DNA of 63,055 nucleotides, filler included, from Octopus bimaculoides (GCF_001194135.2; 7 parts of 6 records of this genome joined end to end with filler, not necessarily neighbours in it); one strand, 5' to 3'. Shown: positions 13,454 through 27,505, counted from the whole stretch's first letter. Notes: a model not told the origin generated them from the sequence alone. A program made the numbers and translations.

Positions 13454-13842
13454 GTGGCTATGTGGTAAGTAGCTTGCTTACCAACCACATGGTTCCGGAT
13501 TCAGTCCCACTGCGTGACACCTTGGGCAAGTGTCTTCTATTATAGCGTCGGGCCGACCAAAGCCTTGTGAGTGGATTTGGTAGACGGAAACTGAAAGAAG
13601 CCCGTCGTATATATGTGTATATATATGTGTGTTTGTGTGTCTGTGTTTGTCTCCCCCACCATCGCTTGACAACCAATAGTGGTGTGTTTACATCCCCGTA
13701 ACTTAGCGGTTCGGCAAAATGGGCCGATAGAATAAGTACTAGGCTTCCAAAGAATAAGTCCTGGGGTCGATTTGCTCGACTAAAGGCGGTGCTCCAGCAT
13801 GGCCGCAGTCAAATGACTGAAACAAGTAAAAGAGTAAAGAGA
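13454..13842 (+). mobile_element. Composite tRNA-derived SINE, family S2, near full length
   Basis: GTGGTAAGTAGCTTGCTTACCAACCACATGGTTCCGG head, internal (TA/TG)n, and tail GGCGGTGCTCCAGCATGGCCGCAGTCAAATGACTGAAACAAGTAAAAGAG. Further copies or fragments at about 9260-9460, 14370-14580, 17485-17680 and 21770-21970. Confidence 0.85.
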
Positions 13843-15381
13843 GTAAATCCTCGAGATGCCCGTTTCTGGTGTCGAATTGTAAGCGGTGAGAAAAAAATGG
13901 ATGTATTTTCATAACACCAATAAGAGAAATCAGTGACTTCGTCCTGGCCAGAATTAAGAACCTGTTATCAAACGAGGGCGGTTTGAACAGAAGGTTGTCT
14001 TGTATATTCGGTGCAATTTCGAGAGGATGTTGCACTTTGAGCTTGTCTCAGACGTTCATGCTGTGAATGCTAAACTTTATGCTCAACAAATAGTATATGT
14101 GTGTGAGTCTATGTGTGTATGTATGTATCTATGATTCTATGCATATAGGTATTTATATATGTACACATGTATTGGGAGGGTCTCTCTGTCAATAAAGACA
14201 CACGGACTGGTTGTAGTTCGCTTCTTCATTAATTGATCTGCCAGTCTTACGTTATATGTTATATCTCTGTGATTTCAAATACATAATCACACATACAAAA
14301 AATATGCGCGTGTGTGTGTGTGTGTGCGTGCGTGCGCGTGCGTGCGCGCGCCTATATATATTTTATCTTTCACTTGTTTCAGTCACTGGACTGCGGTCAC
14401 GCTGGAGTACCGCATTGAAGGGTTTTACTCGGATGAATTCACCCCAATACGCTTTTTTTTTTTAAATTCTGGCACTCATTCATTCGGACCCTTATGCCGA
14501 ACTGCTAAGTTAAGGAGACGTAAACAAACTAGCACCGGTCGTCAATCGGGGGAGATGGGAACAAACATGAATAAAAGAGCACACACACGCACGCACGCCC
14601 ACACATGCACACATACACACACATACACACATATATAACTATCAGTATATATGAGAAGAAGAAAGAAAGAGATATCTATATGTGTGCTTGCAAGAGAAGA
14701 AGAGAAGGAGATTAAGAAATTATGTATATACACATTGTGCTACCTGTAAACTGACAAGTTGTCTGTATAAATATGATAAAAACAGAATGTGCTAAGGGCA
14801 AACATAGAAGAAAACAGCCACAGAATTTTGAAGCATGTGTGTATGCGCATGCGTGGTAGTGTGTGTGCATGTGAGAGAAAGATAGGCAGACAGACGGACG
14901 GAGAGGCAGACAGGCAGACAGGCAGACAGAGTGTGAGAGAGAGAGAGAGAGAGAGAAGAACGTTAATGGTCTGGTTTTGTAATCAACAGTTCAGCTGATC
15001 TGATCTGTTCGCTGGAATAGTAAACGGTAGATTGTTCCCACAATGAAGGAGCCAGCACACTCTCACAGCCTTATACATACAAACATACATACATACATAC
15101 ATACATACATACATACATACACATACCCCTCACACACATACACACATACACACACACTTATGCAGACAAACACGCTACACCCTCACACACACACATACAC
15201 ATACATGCATATACGTACATGTATTTATGAGTTACATAGAGAAGTATTTTAGATTGGTATACATACAATCTCATGTATGTGTATACACATACACACATAT
15301 ATAGATACATTCATACATGCAAAAGTATATACACATACACATTCGCACGTGTGTACCTACATACATACATGCGTAACAGAA

Positions 15382-15416
<35 letters not shown>

Positions 15417-15516
15417 NNNNNNNNNNNNNNNNNNNNNNNNNNNNNNNNNNNNNNNNNNNNTTAATTAATTAANNNNNNNNNNNNNNNNNNNNNNNNNNNN
15501 NNNNNNNNNNNNNNNN
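15417..15516. other. Artificial scaffold spacer N44-TTAATTAATTAA-N44 (assembly artefact)
   Basis: The same 100-nt construct appears six times, with the 12-mer at 15461, 30251, 34997, 43102, 51797 and 61756. It is palindromic, with TAA in all six frames. Confidence 0.95.
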
Positions 15517-15994
15517 CAACCACTCCGAGAGTGTAGTGGGTGCTTTTATGTGCCACCAGCACGATGGCCAATCAGGAGGTACTGGCAACGGCCACGCTCG
15601 AATGGTGTATTTTATGTGCCACCGGCACAAGAGCCAGTCCAGGGGCACTGGCAACGACCTCGCTCGAAATCTACCAAATCTACTCACAAGGCTTTGGTCG
15701 GCCACTTTGGAAGACACTTGCCCAAAGTGCCACGCAGAGGGATAAGGATTATATTTGACAGAGTAATCTGAGGTTAAAGGGTTAAATTAACAAATATTTT
15801 CATAGTTGAGTGTTAGCTGTCATAAGACAGAGAACGTTTAAAGCATACTTTTGGGCATCATGGGACATCAGCAAAAACAATCGATTGAAACTTATTATCA
15901 GCTTTGTTTCAAAAGAGATAAGAATGAAAATCTTGTCTTATCACCAAACTATAAATTGTGAACAAGAAAATGCTGCAAGATGTACTTTAGACAA

Positions 15995-16350
15995 TCATTG
16001 TTGGCACTCCGTCGCTTAACGACGTCGAGGGTTCCAGTTGATCCGATCAACGGAACAGCCTGCTCGTGAAATTAACGTGCAAGTGGCTGAGCACTCCTCA
16101 GACACGTGTACCCTTAACGTAGTTCTCGGGGGATATTCAGCGTGACACAGTGTGACAAGGCTGACCCTTTGAATTACAGGCACAACAGAAACAGGAAGTA
16201 AGAGTGAGAGAAAGTTGTGGTAGAAGAGTACAGCAGGGTTCGCCACCATCCCCTGCCGGAGCCTCGTGGAACTTTTAGGTGTTTTCGCTCAATAAACACT
16301 CACAATGCCCAGTCTGGGAATCGAAACCTCGATCCTATGACCACGAGTCC
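15995..16350 (-). mobile_element. tRNA-derived SINE, family S3
   Basis: Closely matches 18446-18820 and the reverse complement of 58950-59270. Confidence 0.85.
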
Positions 16351-18445
16351 GCTGAGTAAATGAATGTTTCTTTTTCCTTTTTTTTTTTTTGTACTGAAAG
16401 TACCTTTTGATTTAAATGTGTAAGTTGTGGCTGTATGGTAAAGAAGTTTGCTTCTCAACCCTGTGGTTTCAGGTTCACTTCCCCTGCTTGGTATTGAACT
16501 CAGAGCTACATGACTGCAAAGCGAGCTTCTTAGATATACACAGCCATCATGGGTCTTCTCCACTGGATATGAACGGGAGCTAAAGACTCGTCCCCACACT
16601 GTCATTACCCTCATCTATACCGCAACCACCACCAACAACAACTACCACATATATCACCACCAGTACTACTGCAACCTAGACTATCATCACCACCACTACC
16701 ACTAACACCTTCACCAGCAACAACAATATTGCTCCTACCACTGCCACCAACACCATCACAAACCTGTACTATGATCAACGATAACACCACCACCACCACC
16801 ACCACCTACACAAATATCAACACCACTTCCAACTACTTCAAAAACCACTAAAACTACAGCTATAACTACTACCCCATTGTAAGCAACACCACCACCACTA
16901 TCAGCGCAACCATAAATACCGCTGCCACCAAGGCAAACGCAATCATCACCACCACTACCACAACCTTCACCACCACCACCACAACCTTCACTATCACCAC
17001 CATGACCACTACCACCACTACCTTTTATCAAACTACTGTCTTTACAGCTGAAAGTAAGGTGATGATAATCTTAACGAATTAATTAAAGTAAGATGAAATG
17101 ATAACGAGACACAGCTATTGTCGTTAAACGTTGATATGCATCTGTGTACCATCTTGTAATCTGTAGATCTGTGTCTGTCTGTGTGTCCCGCGATGGTGAG
17201 ATGATGTAATGGGGTCAACGTTGTCTAGCCACAGGTAGCATTTGATCCATTCACGACCATCCCATGTTTTATTCAGGCATAGTGTATCTCGGACTACATT
17301 TACTAATGTATAGTATTAGGGGCTACACTTGTTGTTGTTGTTGTTGTTTAACCCTAGGTCAGTCCTGATCCAGACGGACACATGATCAAAGATGCTCCAC
17401 CTGTGACCATCCCACCTTTTATTCAGGCATAGTCCATCTAGGACTACATTATCTAATGTTCATTATTCTCTTTTACTCTCTTTTACTTGTTTCAGTCATT
17501 TGACTGTGGCCATGCTGGAGCACCACCTTAGTTGAGCAAATCGACCCCGGGACTTATTCTTTGGAAGCCTAGTACTTATTCTATCGGTTTCTTTTGCCGA
17601 ACCGCTAAGTTAAGGGACGTAAACACACCAGCATCGGTTGTCAAGCGATGGTGGGGGGGACAAACACAAACACATAAATGTATATATAGGCGTCGCTGCA
17701 GCCTAATGTGCAGTCATGAAGAACTTTAATCTTATTACCATTGCAGCATTAACTGATGGTCTGAATACAACTGGTATTGAACCACTGACACACATGGCTT
17801 CGAAGTGAACTACTTACNNNNNNNNNNNNNNNNNNNNNNNNNNNNNNNNNNNNNNNNNNNNNNNNNNNNNNNNNNNNNNNNNNNNNNNNNNNNNNNNNNN
17901 NNNNNNNNNNNNNNNNNNNNNNNNNNNNNNNNNNNNNNNNNNNNNNNNNNNNNNNNNNNNNNNNNNNNNNNNNNNNNNNNNNNNNNNNNNNNNNNNNNNN
18001 NNNNNNNNNNNNNNNNNNNNNNNNNNNNNNNNNNNNNNNNNNNNNNNNNNNNNNNNNNNNNNNNNNNNNNNNNNNNNNNNNNNNNNNNNNNNNNNNNNNN
18101 NNNNNNNNNNNNNNNNNNNNNNNNNNNNNNNNNNNNNNNNNNNNNNNNNNNNNNNNNNNNNNNNNNNNNNNNNNNNNNNNNNNNNNNNNNNNNNNNNNNN
18201 NNNNNNNNNNNNNNNNNNNNNNNNNNNNNNNNNNNNNNNNNNNNNNNNNNNNNNNNNNNNNNNNNNNNNNNNNNNNNNNNNNNNNNNNNNNNNNNNNNNN
18301 NNNNNNNNNNNNNNNNNNNNNNNNNNNNNNNNNNNNNNNNNNNNNNNNNNNNNNNNNNNNNNNNNNNNNNNNNNNNNNNNNNNNNNNNNNNNNNNNNNNN
18401 NNNNNNNNNNNNNNNNNNNNNNNNNNNNNNNNNNNNNNNNNNNNG

Positions 18446-18820
18446 TTGCTGTTGGCACTCCGTCGCTTACGACGACGAGGGTTCCAGTTGATCCAATCAA
18501 CGGAACAGCCTGCTCGTGAAATTAACGTGCAAGTGGCTGAGCACTCCACAGACACGTGTACCCTTAACGTAGTTCTTGGGGATATTCAGCGTGACACAGT
18601 GTGACAAGGCTGACCCTTTGAATTACAGACACATCAGAAACAGGAAGAGTGAGAGAAAGTTGTGGTGAAAGAGTACAGCAGGGTTCGCCACCATCCCCTG
18701 CTGGAGCCTCGTGGAGCTTTTAGGTGTTTTCGCTCAATAAACACTCACAACGCCCGGTCTGGGAATCGAAACCCTGATCCTATGACCGCGAGTCCGCTGC
18801 CCTAACCACCAGGCCATTGC
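18446..18820 (-). mobile_element. tRNA-derived SINE, family S3
   Basis: Ends in CTGGGAATCGAAACC...CCCTAACCACCAGGCCA, the reverse complement of a tRNA-like head. Confidence 0.85.
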
Positions 18821-19316
18821 GCCTCCTTGATATTATTTAAGGTGAAAACTTACACCTACTTGCCTGTTTGAACATGTGTGTGTGTGTGCGCGTGTGAGAA
18901 TCTTTTTACATATACACAAACACATAAATGTATATATAGGCGTCGCTGCAGCCTAATGTGCAGTCATGAAGAACTTTAATCTTATTACCATTGCAGCATT
19001 AACTGATGGTCTGAATACAACTGGTATTGAACCACTGACACACATGGCTTCGAAGTGAACTACTTACCCACTGCGCCAAAACCCCCACACAAACATAAAT
19101 CTATGTATTTGGTGTATTTGGATGACAGATAACAGGGTTTGTTTACTGGTACAACTGCACCAGTAAATATTTCAGATGTTAAATGCACGAAGGTGACACA
19201 AACATCAAGATATGTAGCTTGCTTTGTCTAATATTTATTCTGACTGGACAAAAATACTGCTTTTAAAATACAAGTCATTGAAATTTGAATGACATAGAAC
19301 AGGATATGTACACACT

Positions 19317-19356
19317 GGCCATGACGAAGGGAAATAGCCCTGAAACTCGAGTCGCC
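19317..19356 (+). ncRNA. Degenerate type I hammerhead ribozyme motif
   Basis: GGC-C(A)UGACGA-AGGG-AAAUAG-CCCU-GAAAC-UCGA-GUC-GCC. Stem II is perfect, with a GUC triplet and a 3-bp stem I, but an extra A interrupts the CUGA box. Confidence 0.4.
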
Positions 19357-19782
19357 TTTATATATATATATTTATATTTATATATTTATATATTTGATCC
19401 TTTATATTGAACACTCAATATTTCATCTACATTCAATACTTTCTTTCATGGTGCCATCCATTCTTATTTTATTTTATTTTATATTGTATATTGTATATCA
19501 TATTATATATTGTATATTCCATATTCTATACCCCACATTAGTTCTGCAGGAATATAAATAAAACATAAAAAACAGACAGTGTTGGAACNNNNNNNNNNNN
19601 NNNNNNNNNNNNNNNNNNNNNNNNNNNNNNNNNNNNNNNNNNNNNNNNNNNNNNNNNNNNNNNNNNNNNNNNNNNNNNNNNNNNNNNNNNNNNNNNNNNN
19701 NNNNNNNNNNNNNNNNNNNNNNNNNNNNNNNNNNNNNNNNNNNNNNNNNNNNNNNNNNNNNNNNNNNNNNNNNNNNNNNNNN

Positions 19783-19816
<34 letters not shown>

Positions 19817-20212
19817 GAGTGGCTGTGTGGTAAGTAGCTTCCTTGCCAACCACATGGTTCCAGGTTCAGTCCCACTGCGTGGCACCTTGGGCAAGTGTCT
19901 CCTACTATAGCCTCGGGCCGACCAAACCCTTGTCAGTGGATTTGGTAGGCGGAAACTGAAAGAAGCCCATCGTCTATATATATATATATGTATAGATATA
20001 TATGTTTGTGTGTCTGTGTTTGTCCCCCCCCCCACCATCGGTTGACAACCGAAGCTGATGTGTTTACGTCCCTGTAACTTAGCAGTTCGGCAAAAAGAGA
20101 CCGATAGAATAAGTACTAGGCTTACAAAGAATAAAGACCCGGGGTCGATTTGCTCGACTAAAAGGCGGTGCTCCAGCATGGCCGCAGTCAAATGACTGAA
20201 ACAAGTAAAAGA
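19817..20212 (+). mobile_element. S2 SINE, near full length
   Basis: Colinear with 13454-13842. Confidence 0.85.
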
Positions 20213-21977
20213 ACATTACATTTTACTGAGTAATCTGAATGCTAAAGGGTTAAACTGGGTCTGTTGTGCATCCAAGTAATCCCACGGTCTTTGCTTTTGA
20301 TTGCTATCCATCATGCCACATCGAGAATATTTATTCTAAAGTTCATAAGTTATTCGTCCTCTATGCATCATCCTGTCAGACTAAGTTTATTTTTCTAGTT
20401 TAAGTTTCCAATGGAATTGTAATCAATATGCTTTGTCAGTGTCGATAAAAAAGGTCAGGGATCTTGTTTTGAACTGCAGGCAGCTGTTTCAGGGGTTTCC
20501 CCCTCCTCAACTTCATTCCTCCTCGTTTGTGTGGCTGTGTGGTAACAAGCTTGATTCCCGGCCCGTATGGTTCTGGGGGGTCAGTCTCACTGCGTAGCAC
20601 CTCGGGCAAGTGTCTTCTATTATTGCCTCCAGTCGACCAAGCCTTGCGCATGGATTTGACAAACGGAAACTGAAAAAAAGCCCATTGTGTGTGTGTATAT
20701 ATGTATATATATTCTTTTACTTGTTTCAGTCATTTGATGCAAACACACCAACATTGGTTGTCAAGCAATGGTGGGGAACAAACACACATACACAAATACA
20801 TCATCATCATCATCATCATCGTTTAACGTCCGCTTTCCATGCTAGCATGGGTTGGACAATTTGACTGAGGACTGGTGAAACCAGATGGCAACACCAGCCT
20901 CCAATCTGATTTGGCAGAGTTTCTACAGCTGGATGCCCTTCCTAACGCCAATATATATATATATATATTTACTTTGTTTAGAAGAGGAGAATATTATCTT
21001 TGTTTTTTTTTTTTAAAGGTGGAGAGNNNNNNNNNNNNNNNNNNNNNNNNNNNNNNNNNNNNNNNNNNNNNNNNNNNNNNNNNNNNNNNNNNNNNNNNNN
21101 NNNNNNNNNNNNNNNNNNNNNNNNNNNNNNNNNNNNNNNNNNNNNNNNNNNNNNNNNNNNNNNNNNNNNNNNNNNNNNNNNNNNNNNNNNNNNNNNNNNN
21201 NNNNNNNNNNNNNNNNNNNNNNNNNNNNNNNNNNNNNNNNNNNNNNNNNNNNNNNNNNNNNNNNNNNNNNNNNNNNNNNNNNNNNNNNNNNNNNNNNNNN
21301 NNNNNNNNNNNNNNNNNNNNNNNNNNNNNNNNNNNNNNNNNNNNNNNNNNNNNNNNNNNNNNNNNNNNNNNNNNNNNNNNNNNNNNNNNNNNNNNNNNNN
21401 NNNNNNNNNNNNNNNNNNNNNNNNNNNNNNNNNNNNNNNNNNNNNNNNNNNNNNNNNNNGATTTACCCCTCATACCCTGTATATATAAATGTGTGTGTGT
21501 GTGTGTGTGTTTATCCCCCATCACTACTTGACAGGTTAGAGGACTGGGTCGGGGTATCCAATGCAGGGATGGGGGGGGGGCATCTCATCTTGGCAATTAA
21601 GCTAGAATTAGTTCTGTTTATCTTTCAATTCAATTCAACAAGAGTCTCAGAGTTAAAAGCAAAATACAAGGTCACCCAGTTATTCATATTACCTGTTTAA
21701 CAGCGTTTTATCTGCCCGCTTTATTGCCAGAAAGATATAGGATAGAGACACAAAGTCGGAGATTCTGCTATATCTATGTTTGTCCCCCCACCACTGCTTG
21801 ATAACTGGTGGTGGTGTATCTGCGTTCCTGCGACTTAGTGGCTCAGAAAAGAGACCGATAGAATAAGTACCAGGTTTCCAAGGTAATAAGGTTGATATAT
21901 TTGACTAAAACCCTTCAAGGTGTTGCCCCAGCATGGCTGCAGTGAAGTGACCGAAACAAATAAAAGATATATGTATA

Positions 21978-22035
<58 letters not shown>

Positions 22036-22569
22036 NNNNNNNNNNGATTGCACCTAGAAAGTTACCCTCCGAGGCACAAGTCTGGGCAAGGTTATTTAGG
22101 AAGACCAACAGTTACCCCATGCATACCAGCCTCCCCCTCTCTACACCACCGATGTTATCCAAGGGAAAAGCAATAAACACTCACAACGCCTGGTCTGGGA
22201 ATCGAAACCACGATCCTATGACCGCGAGTCCGCTGCCCTAACCACTAGGCCATTGCGCCTCCACCTAAACAAGGTAACGGCCGACTAAACGAAGTACTTG
22301 CATGTTGTGGTAGCACTAGATGAAGACACGGCAACGAGGCTGCTGGACATTTTAACCCAACCCTCAACAAAGCAAAAAATGCCACGTTGAAAGTTAGGTT
22401 AGGGGATACATTCCGACCCAGTGGAAGAGAAGCAGCAGCTAAGAAGATACTGGAGGAATAATTAGGCGATTCCAAGCCTTCGGAACTGATGGACAGGATG
22501 TTGGCATTAGTTCCATCCGGTGAGTCACTCTCCGTTTTGTTTAAAGAAATATTCCCTCGTGCGGGTGAC

Positions 22570-22760
22570 ACGTAAAAGCACCCACTACACTCTCTGAGTG
22601 GTTGGCATTAGGAAGGGCATCCAGCTGTAGAAACTCTGCCAAATCAGATTGGAGCCTGGTGTAGCCATCTGGTTTCACCGGTCCTCAGTCAAATCGTCCA
22701 ACCCATGCTAGCATGGAAGGCGGACGTTAAACGACGACGATGATGATGATGATGATGATG
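22570..22760 (+). mobile_element. RTE LINE 3' end with (GAT)n tail
   Basis: GGCATTAGGAAGGGCATCCAGCTGTAGAAAC...GGCGGACGTTAAACGACGACGATGATG, the same 3' UTR as the element at 40200-41115. Other short copies at about 15517-15660, 20800-20950, 23073-23225, 35545-35880 and 42745-43020. Confidence 0.8.
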
Positions 22761-22904
22761 AAGGTGTCACCCCAGGTCCAGGCCCTCATAACTCAGACTG
22801 AAATCAAAGACCTGCGGCAATTAGCAAAGGCAGCTGATAAACATTTTTTTATCCATAGGGTCGGGGCCCGAGAGAGGGTAGAGTTAAACAAAATGACACA
22901 AGGT

Positions 22905-23535
22905 GTCAGGCAACAAGACTCTGAACCATGCTATGCAATCAGGAGAACCCAGTCATGGCTGTCAGACAATTTTTCCGATCACATCACCCCTAACATCTGG
23001 CCACCTAACTCCCCAGACTGCAACCCCTCTTCATTATTATGTGTGGGGCACAACAATATATATATATATTTTGGCGTTAGGAAGGGCATCCAGCTGTAGA
23101 AACTCTGCCAAATCAGATTGGAGGCTGGTGTTGCCATCCGGTTTCACCAGTCCTCAGTCAAATCGTCCAACCCATGCTAGCATGGAAAGCGGACGTTAAA
23201 CGACGACGATGATGATGATGATGTATTTGTGTATGTGTGTTTGCATCAAATGACTGAAACAAAACTCCTTGTAACACCAAAGATGAACGGAAGGCAAGGA
23301 TTATGGTACCATTCACCAACTTAACCAAGGAGACCGTCCAGAAGAGTTGCAGAAGATTCCAAAGTCGTCTGGGGGCTGTGGTTGAAGCCAATAGCGATTT
23401 TATTGAATAGATTTACTCTTTAGTATTTCAAAGCTGATTTTATGTAATTTTGGTAAATATATCTGTTGAAATGAAATGTCAGTGTTATTTTCATTTTTGC
23501 AGAATTTAGACGACAATTTATTCACCCCACCCTGA
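22905..23535 (+). mobile_element. Decayed DD37D (maT-like) Tc1/mariner transposon 3' part, interrupted at about 23060-23260
   Basis: QQDSEPC...WPPNSPDCNP with 37 residues from the second D to the third catalytic position. The right end reads TTATTCACCCCACCCTG. Confidence 0.75.
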
Positions 23536-24517
23536 AAACACACACACACACGCACATACACCTGCATATAAACACATATAAATTCACAAACATTTACTAC
23601 ATGTTCCAACAAACGATAAACACACACATTTACACACACACACATACAGTGTGTGATACTTTTTATTTCTGGTTTCTCAAGACTGCGAGCTGATTTCTGT
23701 TCTGTTTTGTTCTGGCTGGCTGGTGTGTCTGGCTGGCTACTGGCTGCTTTAGGGGGCGTTTATGCTAAAGTACTCTCTCTCTCTCTCTCTCTCTCTCATA
23801 CACATGCGTGTGTATGTGTGTTTGCGTGAGTGCATGTAGCTACACGTGTATGCATTGACAGTTCATCTACTGAAAGGAGCTATTCATTAATTCATACAAA
23901 CATACATACATACATACATAGAGAATATACATACATATACAACAGATAAAGAACATACATAAACACACACACAGAGATATATAAAACATAGATACACTAC
24001 CTACATATAGAGCATACATACATACATACATACATACATACATACATACATACATACAGAACATGCATATACAATATACATATATACATATACAGAATAT
24101 ATAAATACAGAACCAACAAACATACATATACAACATAGGTATAGAACATACATACATACATACGCACATACGTTCACATACACACACATATATATACAGA
24201 TTGATAAACATAGTTACAAATACATATACACACGCACGCACAGATACACATACGTGTACATACAGTTAGCCAAGCAGTGTACATAGATCGACATACACTC
24301 ACAAACGCATACACACTCAAGCACACAGGCACGCTCACACATACACACACACGCAGACACACACGTGTATAATCAGTCGCTCTCACACACACACACACAC
24401 GTACGTAATCAACCCGTCTCTCTCTTTCTTTCTCTATCTGTCACACAGACACTCGCACGCACATAAACAGTAACGTACACGCATTGTCAATTTCATAGAC
24501 CCAGGCATTTACACACG

Positions 24518-24553
<36 letters not shown>

Positions 24554-24589
24554 CGTTTACATACACATTGACATTTACGCACACATACA

Positions 24590-25210
24590 CTTACAGAACC
24601 GTTCACACCTACACACACGCTCTTCGAGACAGACAGACAGACACGCACACACACACAGCCATCCACACACGCACACACACAGAACCGTTCACACCTACAC
24701 ACACGCTCTTCGAGACAAACACACACACACACACACANNNNNNNNNNNNNNNNNNNNNNNNNNNNNNNNNNNNNNNNNNNNNNNNNNNNNNNNNNNNNNN
24801 NNNNNNNNNNNNNNNNNNNNNNNNNNNNNNNNNNNNNNNNNNNNNNNNNNNNNNNNNNNNNNNNNNNNNNNNNNNNNNNNNNNNNNNNNNNNNNNNNNNN
24901 NNNNNNNNNNNNNNNNNNNNNNNNNNNNNNNNNNNNNNNNNNNNNNNNNNNNNNNNNNNNNNNNNNNNNNNNNNNNNNNNNNNNNNNNNNNNNNNNNNNN
25001 NNNNNNNNNNNNNNNNNNNNNNNNNNNNNNNNNNNNNNNNNNNNNNNNNNNNNNNNNNNNNNNNNNNNNNNNNNNNNNNNNNNNNNNNNNNNNNNNNNNN
25101 NNNNNNGAACCGTTCACACCTACACACATGCTCTTCGAGACACAAACACACACACACAGACCCATTCACACTTACACACGCTCTTCGAGACAGACAGACA
25201 CACACACACA
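24590..25210. repeat. Complex minisatellite spanning a gap
   Basis: The unit GAACCGTTCACACCTACACACACGCTCTTCGAGACA followed by (CA/GACA)n occurs at least four times on both sides of N 24738-25106. Confidence 0.8.
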
Positions 25211-25483
25211 CAAACAAAGCTAACTGTATCGTACACTGCCAAATATAAACCTCACACACAAACACATACACATACACACAACCAAACAGACAAATACAAG
25301 CAGCAGCGCGCGCGCACTGTCACACGCACACGCGCACGCATTGACAATCTGCCTTGTAGTAAATATTGTCAACTACACATTGTCTCCAACAGAAGCCCAG
25401 TTAGCCGCACCGTAAATAGTCTGCTATATATATCCATATATACACAACCAAGTTCTCACATAAACACATACTCACACGGACGG

Positions 25484-25516
<33 letters not shown>

Positions 25517-25657
25517 GATTTACACACACATAGTATACAGCTTACAACCTGTTGACAGTCTGAAAGCGGAAGAAGTTAAGTTATATATCAATGGCTCTTC
25601 GTATTTCTAATCATATTTCGGTGAGTATATTATCTATAGAAGTATATACACGGGCCC

Positions 25658-25703
<46 letters not shown>

Positions 25704-26032
25704 GCACGCATAGACGAACGTATACTCAAATATACGTAATGATGTACTTATAGCACAGTACACGTACATGTACACAATCCCTGAAGAATGTTTATATGTA
25801 TACGTGTGTCTATCTATCTATCTATATGTCTGTCTGTTTGTGTCTATCTGTTTATCTGTCTGTCTATCTATCTATTTGTCTGTCTGCGTGTCTGTCTATC
25901 TGTCGATCTCCGTTTCTCTGTCTTTCTCTCTCTCTCAATATCTATCTATTTTTCTATCCATCCATTTATCTACCTATCATTCATTCTATCTATATTCACA
26001 CACACACACACACACACACACGTACTATCTAT

Positions 26033-26076
<44 letters not shown>

Positions 26077-26339
26077 ACTATCTACATACACATAAACACA
26101 ATGACACACACCCCCCGCACACTCACAGTCAAAACCATGTTATCAAACTATTATTCGTCAAATGCTGCTGTCCTACATGGAACCGTCCCATCACAATTTT
26201 TGATATTTGTGNNNNNNNNNNNNNNNNNNNNNNNNNNNNNNNNNNNNNNNNNNNNNNNNNNNNNNNNNNNNNNNNNNNNNNNNNNNNNNNNNNNNNNNNN
26301 NNNNNNNNNNNNNNNNNNNNNNNNNNNNNNNNNNNTATC

Positions 26340-27205
26340 AATCTCTTGTGCCTAACCGCTAAGTTACAGGGATGCAAACACACCAACACCAGTTGTCAAG
26401 CGGTGGTGGTGGGGGGTGCCAAACTCAAGGGGATACATACACATATTTAGTCGAAGAAATCGACCCCAGGACTTATTTTGTTGTAAGCCTAGTACTTATT
26501 CTATCGGTCTCTTTTGCCGAACTGCTAGTTTACGGATGTGGTCTACACATCAACACCAGTTGTGACAAACACAGGTACAAACATAAATATGTCTGACGGG
26601 CTTCTTTCAGTTTCCATCTACCAAATCCACTCACAAGGCTTTGGTCGGCCCGAGGCTATTGTTGAATAATACATTTGTCCAGGTGCCATGCAGTGGGACT
26701 GAACCTGGAACCATGTGGTTGTGAAGCAAGCTTCTTACAACACAGCCACACCTGCACATTTATATGTGTGTGTGTGTGTCTTTTATTCTTTTACTTTTTT
26801 TAATCATTTGACTGCGGCCATGCTGGAGCACCACCTTTAGTCAAACAAGTCAATCCCATGTCTCTTATTCTTTGTAAGCCTGGTACTTATTCTATCAGTC
26901 TGTTTTGCTGAACTGCTAAGTTACAGGGACGTAAACACACCAACATCGGCTGAAAAGCAATGGTGGGGGGATAAACACAGACACACGAACATACACACAC
27001 ACACACCCGTGTATGTGTCTGTGTGTATATATATATAAATATATATATGACAGGCTTCTTTTAGTTTCCATCTACCAAATCCACTCATAAGGCTCTGGTT
27101 GGCCCCAGGGCTATGGTAGAAGACAATTGCGTAAGGTGCCACGCAGTGGGACTGAACCTGGAACCATGTGGTTGGAAAGCAAGCTTATTACCACACGGCC
27201 ACGCA
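26340..27205 (-). mobile_element. Two tandem S2 SINE copies
   Basis: Each ends in GTGGGACTGAACCTGGAACCATGTGGTTG, the reverse complement of the S2 head. Confidence 0.8.
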
Positions 27206-27505
27206 CACACACAAATCAAATTGAAAGGTCGACGTATATATTCATTTAATTCATATTAACAAACTTCTCCATGGCATACAAAGTACATACATAGATGCAT
27301 TCATCTATATGATATATAAACATTTCTAGGAATTTATAAATACATACATATACACGAAAATCTATAAATATATAAAAATTCATAGACATATAAAAATTCA
27401 TAAACACATAAAAATTCATAAAATTGAAATATATAAAAATATAAGTCCAAAAATGTTCTTGCGTATACATATATATATATATATATATATATCTGTATAC
27501 ATTAT

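Noticed and set aside
15461-15472. TTAATTAATTAA recurring six times, resembling a conserved motif
   Set aside because: It is always centred in exactly 44+44 N and gives stops in all six frames: an artificial scaffold spacer.
16611-17031. Gly/Val-rich and Thr-rich ORFs here and at 30978-31396
   Set aside because: Cryptic trinucleotide repeats that are open in several frames; no unique coding sequence or splice support.
17664-19067. Exact 154-bp repeat (17664-17817 and 18914-19067)
   Set aside because: The first copy ends at a gap and joins through an ACACAAACAC micro-repeat; most likely an assembly overlap. Not testable without reads.
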